32,666 nucleotides of DNA from an uncultured Bdellovibrionales bacterium. GTDB lineage: Bacteria > Bdellovibrionota > Bdellovibrionia > Bdellovibrionales > UBA1609. Position numbers and translations under genes: made by a program. Shown here piece by piece: positions 15,898 through 24,366 of the stretch (its first letter is position 1; each line of letters opens with the position of its first letter). The notes under the pieces are model-generated. The model worked only from the letters and a program-made list of their open reading frames with translations. It was not told the DNA's origin and made no database searches. The DNA lies in NCBI GenBank assembly GCA_937958795.1, contig CALGNA010000002.1, positions 1 to 32,666 of the forward strand. The letters are read 5' to 3'.

Positions 15898-18450
15898 CTA
15901 CAGGGTTGATTCTTCAATAAGCTGGAGAAGACCAGTTTGTCTGTTTTTGTTATCGGTTTTTTTAATAGCCATGTTAAAGGCTTTTCTACTGCCAACAAAA
16001 ATAGCTAGTTTTTTAGCTCTAGTTAAGCCTGTATAAATGAGATTTTTATAAAGCATATTAAAATGCTGACCTAGTATCGGGATGATGACAACGTCAAACT
16101 CACTTCCTTGGGATTTATGGATAGTAATACTATAGCCAAGCATTAGATCGTTAAGATCTTCTTTTGAGAAGAGAATTGGCTTTTCTCTAGATCCAAAAAA
16201 CTGAACACTTACGGAAAGTTCAGAAACATTAATGTCTACAATTCTTCCAATATCACCGTTAAAGACTTCAAGGTTATAGTTGTTTCTTGTTTGAATAACT
16301 TTATCGCCAACGCGAAAAATTTTCTCCCCCATTATAATTTGCTTTTTTGAGGGAGACTCTGGGTTGCTTGCGTTTTGAAGAGTATGATTTAAATTTCTAG
16401 TTCCTAGGCTTCCTCTTATTTGAGGGGAAAGAATTTGAATTTCTACGTTATCCCCCATCCATTTTTTTATAGTGTTAAGGTAAAGGTGAGTAACCGTATC
16501 AATAGCAGTCATTCCATATTTAAGAGAAGACCAGGGGTGTACTGTTTTGAGTGTTGAAAGTAAATTTTCAACCTCTGTTTTTGACTCAAACAACTTTTTT
16601 AGATCAACATGTTTATATTGACTTGGAATGGAAAATGAGTGTCTCAATAATTCATTTATATCGCAGATGTCTGGTAAAGAACTATCATCTGGCTTTAATT
16701 TCGAATCAGTACTGTGTGTTGGTTTCTCCCAAGAGTTTTTAGCATTTTGTAAGTGTTCAAGGCTCTGAGAATCTACGCTTTTAAATAAACTATGAATTTT
16801 TGAAACAAACTGTAACTGATCTTGTGTGGCTTCGTCTGAATCTATAAATAAACAGTCGACACCATTTTCGTAAGCACTAGGGTCTTGAATAGGAGAAGTA
16901 AGCTTTGGTGTACTTCCTGAATTTATTTCATGAGCATGTTTTATAATATATGAAGACTGCGCTTGTCTAAAAATTTGAGTAAGCCTAAACCTAGGTACAT
17001 TTTTAGATTTTAGAAGATCAGATAAAACATTTCCTGCGCCAACGGCAGGGAGTTGATCAGGATCTCCTATGAAAAGTATTTGAGCATGTTCGGGAATTGC
17101 TTTTAGCATACTAGCTGCTAAAGATATATCAAGCATAGAGGTTTCATCGACAATGAGAAAGTCCGTTATAATTTTGTTATCTTCATCATATTTAAAGCTA
17201 TTTTTTTCGGGTGCCCACTCTAAAAGTCTGTGAATTGTTTTAGCTTCAAGCCCTATGACTTCACTCATTCTTTGTGAAGCTCTGCCCGTTGGAGCAACAA
17301 GGGTGATTTTTTTCTTCAAGGATAACAAGAGGAGGACCAAAGCTTTAGTGCAGGTGGTTTTTCCGCACCCAGGTCCTCCTGTTAGTATCGAAAAGGACTC
17401 TTTAGGTATATTGCAAACTGCCTGATATTGCTCAGGGCTAAGCTTCATGCCTTTTTCAGAACAATATTCAGTGATCCATTTTTCAATTTTTGAACTATCT
17501 ATTGCCTTTTCATATAAAAGAAAAGATTTAATAATTTTAGAAGTTGTAAGTTCGTCGTAATATAAACGTTTTGAATAAAAACACTCTTGCTGAGTCTCAT
17601 TAATATTTAAGATTCTAGATTTAATCTCGTTCTCAAGAATGAGGGAGTTTAAGATTTCAGTCATATTTTCAGAGGGCAATGTTTCTTTTAACAACTCAGG
17701 GACTTTACTCAAGATCTGAGTTTTTGTTAAGAAACAGTGACCATTGTTTCTGCTAGTTGCTAGCACATGCATTATTCCGGCTGAAATTCTGAAGGAGCCT
17801 TTTCTCTCAAAGCCCATTGAGAGAGCAATTTTATCAGATGAAAAAAAACCAATTCCAGAAATATCATTTGCAAGCCGATAAGGGTTGTCTGAAACTATCT
17901 CAATAGACTTATCACCATAAGTTTTATAAATTTTTGTGGAAAATAAAGTGCTGATTTCATAGCTTTGAAGAAAGATCATAACTTCTCTGATGGCTTTGTG
18001 TTCATTCCATGAGTTTTTTATCTTCACTAGTTTTTTGCTTGAAATACCAGGGATAGCTGAGAGTTCGTTTATAGATTCTTCAAAGACATCAAGTGTGCGA
18101 TCTTTAAAGTGATTCACAATTTTTTTAGCAGTAGCAGGGCCAACACCGACGATCAGACCAGATCCTAGGTACTTTTCAAGTGCAGCCGTTGTGGCTGGTT
18201 TAATTTCTAAGCACTTAGTGGCTTTAAACTGCTCTCCATACTTTGAGTGTTGAGTCCAGTCTCCCCAAAACTCAAGAGTTGCCCCTGGAAAAACTTTTGC
18301 TTGATGAATTACTACAGTTGTAAGTTTTGACGGGTCACTAAGGGGCTCGACTTTTATGACAGACCAACCACTTTCTTCATCGTGATAAGTTATTTTTTGC
18401 ACGACGCCTGATATTTTTTCAAGGTTTTTGGCTTGTATAGAAGTATTCAT
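15898..18450 (-). CDS. recD2: ATP-dependent RecD-like DNA helicase (SF1B, RecD2/RecD-TraA family)
   Basis: Walker A LTGGPGCGKTT, Walker B FLIVDETSMLD, GDPDQLPAVGAGN, FRQA and HKSQGSEF motifs in RecD2 order. The N-terminal OB/HhH-like region (GVGPATAKKIV) is typical of the family. Confidence 0.9.
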   Translation of the reverse strand: MNTSIQAKNLEKISGVVQKITYHDEESGWSVIKVEPLSDPSKLTTVVIHQAKVFPGATLEFWGDWTQHSKYGEQFKATKCLEIKPATTAALEKYLGSGLIVGVGPATAKKIVNHFKDRTLDVFEESINELSAIPGISSKKLVKIKNSWNEHKAIREVMIFLQSYEISTLFSTKIYKTYGDKSIEIVSDNPYRLANDISGIGFFSSDKIALSMGFERKGSFRISAGIMHVLATSRNNGHCFLTKTQILSKVPELLKETLPSENMTEILNSLILENEIKSRILNINETQQECFYSKRLYYDELTTSKIIKSFLLYEKAIDSSKIEKWITEYCSEKGMKLSPEQYQAVCNIPKESFSILTGGPGCGKTTCTKALVLLLLSLKKKITLVAPTGRASQRMSEVIGLEAKTIHRLLEWAPEKNSFKYDEDNKIITDFLIVDETSMLDISLAASMLKAIPEHAQILFIGDPDQLPAVGAGNVLSDLLKSKNVPRFRLTQIFRQAQSSYIIKHAHEINSGSTPKLTSPIQDPSAYENGVDCLFIDSDEATQDQLQFVSKIHSLFKSVDSQSLEHLQNAKNSWEKPTHSTDSKLKPDDSSLPDICDINELLRHSFSIPSQYKHVDLKKLFESKTEVENLLSTLKTVHPWSSLKYGMTAIDTVTHLYLNTIKKWMGDNVEIQILSPQIRGSLGTRNLNHTLQNASNPESPSKKQIIMGEKIFRVGDKVIQTRNNYNLEVFNGDIGRIVDINVSELSVSVQFFGSREKPILFSKEDLNDLMLGYSITIHKSQGSEFDVVIIPILGQHFNMLYKNLIYTGLTRAKKLAIFVGSRKAFNMAIKKTDNKNRQTGLLQLIEESTL

Positions 18451-18559
18451 TTTAAATTGACCTGAAAAAAATATTGACCAACTCGTTCATCGATTCAACT
18501 TTACTTGGAATCGTATTTTGTTCAAGTTTCATCTCTTTAATATTGTAAGAATGTGATAT

Positions 18560-19372
18560 TTAGATCAGAGCCTTTTTAAACCCAATACGCTTAATTTGAC
18601 TATCTCTTAAGGCTTCAGTCCCTCTCAGCACAATGTCGGATTGAAAGGCTTTTTCATAACGAACATCTAAAACGTAAGCTTTCGCTAGTATTTCTATCCA
18701 AAAGGATCTGTTATTGCTTTTTTCCGTCATAACGATACTGATTGGTTTTCTAAGGTAAGTATAGCGGCTCGTAGCTACGACCTCTTTTATGATGCGCTTT
18801 GCTTCCCTAAGGTCGGCATCTAGATCAACGTGGAAGGGAATGGTGATCATCATGTCTAAGGCGCCTGCGTTTCCACTTGCAACTGCTTCAGTAATGAATT
18901 TTGAGTTAGGGATTGTGACTAAGTTATCATCAAGAGTATTAAGTCGGACGGCTCGAAGGCCAATGCTTACGATTTCTCCGTAGATGTCACCAAAGCTGAC
19001 CCTGTCGCCAACTTGAAAAGGTCTATCAAAAAGCAAAGTCAAACCAGCAACAACGGATGCTACTAGATCTTTAAGAGCAAAGCCGACAGCAACAGCTGAA
19101 CTCCCTCCAATGGCAATCAAAAGCTCTTTAGGCGGCTGTAGGACCGAGTAAACAAGGACCATTGTTCCAAAAATATAAAGACAAAAGCTCATAACAGTTG
19201 TTATCTGCAATATAATAAGTCTTTTGGTTGGAAACTGACTTTGTATATTTTTAGAAAAATGATTTAGTATTTTTACTAAAAAGCTTAAAGCGACTATCCC
19301 AATGATGAGTCCTAGGATTTTTTCGATTTTAAAAAGTTGAGCGATTTGAGAGAGCTGATTTAATTCATCCAT
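18560..19372 (-). CDS. MscS-family small-conductance mechanosensitive channel
   Basis: Three N-terminal hydrophobic helices, then GGSSAVAVGFALKDLVASVVAGLTLLFDRPFQVGDRV...LRAVRLNTLDDNLVTIPNS, the canonical MscS TM3/beta-domain signature. The start overlaps the upstream gene by 8 nt (ATGGATGA). Confidence 0.9.
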   Translation of the reverse strand: MDELNQLSQIAQLFKIEKILGLIIGIVALSFLVKILNHFSKNIQSQFPTKRLIILQITTVMSFCLYIFGTMVLVYSVLQPPKELLIAIGGSSAVAVGFALKDLVASVVAGLTLLFDRPFQVGDRVSFGDIYGEIVSIGLRAVRLNTLDDNLVTIPNSKFITEAVASGNAGALDMMITIPFHVDLDADLREAKRIIKEVVATSRYTYLRKPISIVMTEKSNNRSFWIEILAKAYVLDVRYEKAFQSDIVLRGTEALRDSQIKRIGFKKALI

Positions 19373-21980
19373 AAATAAAATTCTTCCGTTTTAGTGTTGA
19401 GGTCACGCTATGTTGCCATAGAGGAGAGACTGAATAGTAGGCACCTTTTTTTTCAAGGTAGTTTTTTTCAGTACATACTTTAAGTGCATTTCGTATAAGA
19501 TCTTTATTTAGGTCTGTTGATATGAGTATTTCTTCCATAGTTAAAATTTTATGTCTTTCAATGTTAGAAAGAACAAAATAAAAATCATCGGGAAGGCCTT
19601 GGATGATTTCGACTCGGTCTCTTGGAAGTCCTGCTGCAACTTTTTTAGATCCCTTGTATTTTAAACTTGATAGCCAAACGGGGATTGCAACTTTTGGGTT
19701 GCCATTTGATTCTTCCCATAAAATTCTAAAGTATTTATTTTCTACAAATAAATTGGTTTCAGGATTTTTCTTATGTCCTGAGGGGTAGAGACTGTGATCA
19801 AAACTTAATGTGTATTCAGATAACTGATGGGAATGTAGGATATAGCTTTTGAGCTCTTCTTCGGACCAGTGCTTGAGGTTGTAAACATGATGAAAGTGTT
19901 CCGTGTTTTTATAGACGGACTGTAAAAATTCCCATGAATTATTATGAAAAGATAAGACCCAGAAAAATTGATTTCCAGATTCTTCAATTTTTTGAATCAT
20001 GCTTTGTAAGACATTAAATCCACCTACCTTAGATAGGAAAAGATTTTCAGCGTTATCTAGTAGTATAATTTTTTTCTTAGAAGATTCTGCTAGACTTAGT
20101 ATGTCATGAGAAGTTAACTCCTGTTCAAGATCTTCAACGGTATCTATTCGAGTTCGAATAGAGTGGTAAATACAATCAAGGTTTTCATTTTCAGTTGAGA
20201 GTAGTTTTTTTAATAAGTGGGTTTTTCCTATGCCTCTTTCGCCTTTTAGAGCAATAACATGATCGTCTGAGTTGCTATTAGACCAAGACTTTACATGATC
20301 TTTAATGCTGCTAAAGATTTCTTTTTGTTGTTGTGAAAATTTGTCATAGGGTTTTTCTAAGCTATCGGAATTTGTAAAGAGTTTGGTGTACTCTTTTGGT
20401 AGAGCTTGATTTTTAGGAGTTTGGGTAGGGTCTTCTTTTTGTAGTCCTTCAATTTTTTTTCTAAATATTTCAGCCGATATTTTTTTAAACCACTCGAACT
20501 GTTCTAGCCAGCCAAAGCATTTGGAGAATAAAAAGTGAAAACTAACAATTCCTAGTGCAGGAAAGCAAAAGATCCAAGCAAGAAAACCTGAAAGGAGTCT
20601 GTTGATGATAGGGTGAGTATTTGGTGGGAAAATGCTAAGAAGAGATTGTTTAAGTTCCTGCCTCCATCTAAAGCCCATCCACAATAGAGTCACTATGAAC
20701 ATAAATGAAAGGAGCTTAGATGCCCAAAAATAGAGAAGTCCTTTTCCGGCTGCTGTCTGGAGTGTGTAGAGGAGAAGGGTTGTTAAAAAGAAAAAGCCAC
20801 TTATAAAGTGAGCTGTCCATTTGATCTTTTTTGCGTCTACATTTTGTAAATTTCTTCGAAACAATTGTCCTGATAAAATTTGATTAACTAAAATACGAAC
20901 AATTCGATAGCAGGCATAAAAGATAAGATAAGGAAAAAGTAAACTGAGTTCTTTTGCATGAGACTGCTTTATGAGTTCTTGTACGATATAAAAGTAAACG
21001 CCAAATGATACCCATGGGATATGTGGGGAGAGCCTGTTAATCCATAAGGCTTTTTTTCTGGACTTGGGATCACGGTAGGCTTTTCTCTGATAAGAGGCTC
21101 TTTTATTATTAAGCCAAGTGGAAATATGAGAGAATTTTCTAAAAAATAAAAAACCTAGGTAAATAATAAATATGAAGATAAGGATATCAAAAGAAATAAA
21201 GAGAATCCCCTTAAATCCTTTTTGGAATTCAGCTTTGTAGGACTGAAACCTCGATTTAAAAAGACTGATCCATCTAAAAGGTATTGAGAAGAATTCTAAA
21301 ATAAGGTCTTGAGGGTAGGACTGAGAAATCCCCAAAAGAGTTGCCTCTTTAGAGTTGATTAAGTTGGCAATAGTTTTAGATCTTAGCTCTGAAGAGCCAA
21401 TAAAAAGTTGGCTTCTTAAGACACTTATTTTTTCAGATTCAGTTTCTCTATCTAGATAGTAAGTGTTCAGAGTGTTTTCAAAGTTTTTTAATGTTTCATT
21501 TTGGATTTGAGATAGCCCTGATTTTTTATGTTTATTTTTTTGAGTCAGGATTTTTTGGAATACAGGCGACAAAGAAATATCATCTAGGTTTTGAGAATCT
21601 AATTTTTGTAAAATTCTCCAAGGCTTTGAATAGGTATTGTAGGGGGTACTGTCGTTTTCAGTGTTTTGATTGTGGGTCGCTTGATTTTTATTATCATAAT
21701 CTTCAGTCTGTAAGTTTTCGATTTCTGAGTTGAGGTTCTGATACCTATCTTCTAGAGATTTCCATTTTAATTGCGATTCTTGAATAAGTGAATCGAGTTG
21801 AGAAAGTAAATTTTGTGAGATGGAGTTATGTTCAGTTTGAGGAGCGGTCTGTTCTGTTGGGTTTACATATTCTGTTTCAGGAGGTGCATATTCATGGTAA
21901 GAATCCTCAGAATAAGCATGAGTCAACGAAGGAAAGAGCATGTTTAATAAAAGACATAATAAGATGTAGAGTGCTTGCAT
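19365..21980 (-). CDS. membrane-anchored P-loop NTPase: signal peptide, periplasmic coiled-coil/low-complexity region, polytopic membrane domain, cytoplasmic AAA/STAND-like ATPase, C-terminal winged-helix-like module
   Basis: Signal peptide MQALYILLCLLLNMLFPSLTHA. Q/N/E-rich heptad-like segment at aa ~55-95. At least 5 hydrophobic helices at aa ~257-485. Walker A GERGIGKT (aa 580-587, nt ~20220-20243), Walker B KIILLDNAE (aa ~637-645), SNGNP motif, and C-terminal LKVCTEKNYLEKKGAYYSVSPLW reminiscent of Arch_ATPase/DUF234 wHTH. Family assignment is by eye only. Confidence 0.7.
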   Translation of the reverse strand: MQALYILLCLLLNMLFPSLTHAYSEDSYHEYAPPETEYVNPTEQTAPQTEHNSISQNLLSQLDSLIQESQLKWKSLEDRYQNLNSEIENLQTEDYDNKNQATHNQNTENDSTPYNTYSKPWRILQKLDSQNLDDISLSPVFQKILTQKNKHKKSGLSQIQNETLKNFENTLNTYYLDRETESEKISVLRSQLFIGSSELRSKTIANLINSKEATLLGISQSYPQDLILEFFSIPFRWISLFKSRFQSYKAEFQKGFKGILFISFDILIFIFIIYLGFLFFRKFSHISTWLNNKRASYQRKAYRDPKSRKKALWINRLSPHIPWVSFGVYFYIVQELIKQSHAKELSLLFPYLIFYACYRIVRILVNQILSGQLFRRNLQNVDAKKIKWTAHFISGFFFLTTLLLYTLQTAAGKGLLYFWASKLLSFMFIVTLLWMGFRWRQELKQSLLSIFPPNTHPIINRLLSGFLAWIFCFPALGIVSFHFLFSKCFGWLEQFEWFKKISAEIFRKKIEGLQKEDPTQTPKNQALPKEYTKLFTNSDSLEKPYDKFSQQQKEIFSSIKDHVKSWSNSNSDDHVIALKGERGIGKTHLLKKLLSTENENLDCIYHSIRTRIDTVEDLEQELTSHDILSLAESSKKKIILLDNAENLFLSKVGGFNVLQSMIQKIEESGNQFFWVLSFHNNSWEFLQSVYKNTEHFHHVYNLKHWSEEELKSYILHSHQLSEYTLSFDHSLYPSGHKKNPETNLFVENKYFRILWEESNGNPKVAIPVWLSSLKYKGSKKVAAGLPRDRVEIIQGLPDDFYFVLSNIERHKILTMEEILISTDLNKDLIRNALKVCTEKNYLEKKGAYYSVSPLWQHSVTSTLKRKNFIYG

Positions 21981-21990
21981 GTATCCGTCC

Positions 21991-22057
21991 TGGTCTAAAG
22001 GTCTATTTTAACTCGCTTACTAGGCAACAGGCTAGGTTTTGATCCGCAAAAGGTCTA
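21991..22057. repeat. three direct copies of (A/T)GGTCTA upstream of the membrane-ATPase gene
   Basis: TGGTCTAA at 21991-21998, AAGGTCTA at 21998-22005 and AAGGTCTA at 22050-22057. The same 8-mer or 7-mer recurs in other intergenic gaps (5022-5029, 5043-5050, 6403-6410). Confidence 0.4.
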
Positions 22058-22099
22058 GTTCAATCGCAAGTGGCGCCTAAGTTACAATAGAATCCCTGA

Positions 22100-22711
22100 T
22101 TAAGTATCAAGTATAGGCTGATTTACGAGTTCTGTGGGCAAGTTGAGTGGGTTTGTTATGGGTTCTTTTGTACCAATATGATGGTTTAACTCATTGCTTA
22201 GCGTATTTAAAAAGCTAAAAACTTGGTCTTGAAAACTGAGGTCTTTGTTTTTAGTAATGGATTTAAACTTTAAGACTTGCTGGTCCCAAAAATTTTCAGG
22301 AAGATTTTGTAAAAGCCAAATATCAGGTAGTAAGCAAAGGAACTTATCTTTTGGAGCAAAATAGATAAGAAGACCATTCCTAAATTGAGTGGCTGTCATC
22401 TCATGTGTGTAAAAAAGAGACCTTGCCTCGTTGTTGAGTCTTGTGAATTTTAGTTTGCTTTCTTTTTGACTAAAGAAATGTTGAATCGTTTGTATTAGTA
22501 TAAATAAAATAACTATAATTGTAAGAATAAAGGGAGTTTTCCAAGAGATAAGAAGTAAGAGGAGTAGAAGAAAAGCTTCATACTTATAGATTTGCAAAAT
22601 AGAAGAGTGAGAGTTGTTTTTAGAAATAGCAACTCTGATTTGAGTTGGAATATTCTTTTCAATTTCAGCTATAAGGCCTTCTAGTTTCTTTGAGTCTACA
22701 TTGTGTTTCAT
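22100..22711 (-). CDS. membrane protein, probable second TPM-like partner of the lemA-TPM operon
   Basis: N-terminal LEGLIAEIEKNIPTQIRVAI resembles the start of the third gene of lemA-TPM-TPM clusters. Hydrophobic helices follow (FLLLLLLLISW..ILTIIVILFILI). TAATG overlap with the upstream TPM gene. Confidence 0.5.
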   Translation of the reverse strand: MKHNVDSKKLEGLIAEIEKNIPTQIRVAISKNNSHSSILQIYKYEAFLLLLLLLISWKTPFILTIIVILFILIQTIQHFFSQKESKLKFTRLNNEARSLFYTHEMTATQFRNGLLIYFAPKDKFLCLLPDIWLLQNLPENFWDQQVLKFKSITKNKDLSFQDQVFSFLNTLSNELNHHIGTKEPITNPLNLPTELVNQPILDT

Positions 22712-23499
22712 TACCAGCCTCCGGAGGCGCCGCCTCCACCAAAACCACCACCCCGACCAAAGCCGCCAAATCCACCACCACCAGATGGTCTGTGTGTTGG
22801 AAAGTTTCTGTCTTGATAAGAAGAGTTAGGGTTGTATGTTCCAGAAGAGTTAGGGCCGTGCCATTGGTAGGAACTGCCAGATTGTTTCTGGCTCATATAA
22901 AACTGGTAGAGCATCATAGCTAAGAAAAGCAAAAGAATGAGCAGTTCAATTTTGGACATGCCCATGTTTTCATTTTGAGGAAGAGCTCCGGACAGTCCGC
23001 TTAGTTCTTCGGGTGTTATTCCCAGTTGATCCGTAACTTTAACAAGCCCAACAGAGATGCCATCAGTATAGTTCCCTGATTTAAAGTAGGGCTTAAGACT
23101 TTCAATAAGGCTGTAGCTAAAGTAATCCGTTAGTTGGCCTTCTAAACCGTATCCAACTTCAAGTCTCATTTTTCTATCGTTAAGTGCAACAAGAAGTATG
23201 GCCCCTTGATCTTCTTTTTCTGATCCAATTTTCCACTTTTCAGCCGCTTCAATACCAAGGTTCTCAATGGGGTAATCTTCAAGACTTGGCAGGGTCCAAA
23301 TAACTAACGTTACTTTATTAGAGTTAAAGAGTTTTATCAGAATAGTATTGAGTTCGGCTTCTCGCTGATCATCAATAATATTGGCAGTATCTAAAATAAG
23401 CTTTTGACCTAAATCAGGAATTATTGGTTGTGCAAAAAGACTTCCTGATACAAGGAGAAGAAAGCCTATTGCAAATATAAGTTTTAGTGTATTTTTCAA
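22711..23499 (-). CDS. TPM-domain protein (YgcG-like) with C-terminal TM helix and Gly-rich tail
   Basis: Signal peptide, then the TPM pattern: ILDTANIIDDQ..., WKIGSEKEDQGAILLVALNDRKMRLEVGYGLEGQLTD. TM helix ELLILLLFLAMMLY. The tail ends GGGGFGGFGRGGGFGGGGASGGW. Confidence 0.75.
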   Translation of the reverse strand: MKNTLKLIFAIGFLLLVSGSLFAQPIIPDLGQKLILDTANIIDDQREAELNTILIKLFNSNKVTLVIWTLPSLEDYPIENLGIEAAEKWKIGSEKEDQGAILLVALNDRKMRLEVGYGLEGQLTDYFSYSLIESLKPYFKSGNYTDGISVGLVKVTDQLGITPEELSGLSGALPQNENMGMSKIELLILLLFLAMMLYQFYMSQKQSGSSYQWHGPNSSGTYNPNSSYQDRNFPTHRPSGGGGFGGFGRGGGFGGGGASGGW

Positions 23500-23535
23500 T
23501 GTTGTAATGTTTAAATTGAGTTTAGTGTTATATTT

Positions 23536-24129
23536 TTAAAGATCTAAATCAATTTTTGGAACTTCTCTTTTCTCAGGTAAGGCCGTGAAGTTTTCTTTTG
23601 GCTCTAACTTCAGAATATACTTGGCTGTTAAGTTAGTAGGGAAGAAGCGAACCTGTTTGTTGTATTTTCCTACGCTCTCAATGTAACGGTTTCTAGCTGT
23701 TGAGATTCTGTTTTCAGTTCCTTCGAGTTGAGCTTGTAGAGCTTGAAAGTTTTGTAAGGCTTTTAACTCAGGGTATTTTTCAACCGTTAATAAAAGTCTT
23801 GAGAGACTACCACTTAATTTGTCCTGCGCTGCTTGAAACTTCTTCATCATAGCTGGATTTGAAAGGTCATCTGTTGAGAGTTTAATAGAAGTTGCATTGG
23901 CTCTAGCGTTGATCACAGATTCAAGAGTTTCTTTTTCGTATTTTGAAGCACCTTTTACGGTCTGTACCAGCTGAGGTACCATGTCGGCTCTTCTTTGATA
24001 CTGGTTTTCTAATTCTGACCAGGCTGATTTTACGTTTTCATCTAAGCCCTGCAGGCTGTTATATCCGCAGCTCGTTAAATTAAGAGTAAAACCAATCCAC
24101 ACTAGAAACATAAAGGCCATTTTATTCAT
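23536..24129 (-). CDS. lemA: LemA-family protein
   Basis: N-terminal anchor/lipobox-like LTSCGYNSLQGLDENVKSAWSELENQYQRRADMVPQLV plus YPELKALQNFQALQAQLEGTENRI, the typical LemA signature. Confidence 0.85.
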   Translation of the reverse strand: MNKMAFMFLVWIGFTLNLTSCGYNSLQGLDENVKSAWSELENQYQRRADMVPQLVQTVKGASKYEKETLESVINARANATSIKLSTDDLSNPAMMKKFQAAQDKLSGSLSRLLLTVEKYPELKALQNFQALQAQLEGTENRISTARNRYIESVGKYNKQVRFFPTNLTAKYILKLEPKENFTALPEKREVPKIDLDL

Positions 24130-24366
24130 GCTAAATTCCTTATAAATATTAATAGACTGAAGTAAGTAAGCCTAATCTAGGACAAATAAGCACATTTTTA
24201 AAGCATAATCTTGATGCAGAGACAGGAAAGCTTGTGTTGTTTGATTAAAATTTATTTTAGCGATGTTCTATGTCTTGAAAAATGGCCTATAGATAGTGAT
24301 AACAGCTGCAGGTAAGGTTTTTAAAGCGTTAATCGTGTAAAATTTATAAAATCCATGGAGGGGTTA

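Noticed and set aside
15898-18450. RecD/TraA-family helicase as a sign of a conjugative element or a defence system.
   Set aside because: The motif order and N-terminal HhH/OB region are those of chromosomal RecD2. There is no relaxase domain, and no nuclease, methylase, integrase or other mobile or defence partners adjacent. The flanks are housekeeping or envelope genes.
18470-18498. Candidate sigma70 promoter for recD2 on the minus strand (TTGAAT, 17-nt spacer, AATATT).
   Set aside because: Only 4/6 matches in each hexamer, and it would leave a ~13-nt leader with no SD. In AT-rich DNA such matches are frequent by chance.
22714-22800. Locally GC-rich patch with repetitive GGN/CCN sequence, a possible foreign DNA segment or tandem repeat.
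   Set aside because: It is fully explained as the coding sequence of the glycine-rich C-terminal tail (GGGGFGGFGRGGGFGGGGASGGW) of the TPM protein on the minus strand.
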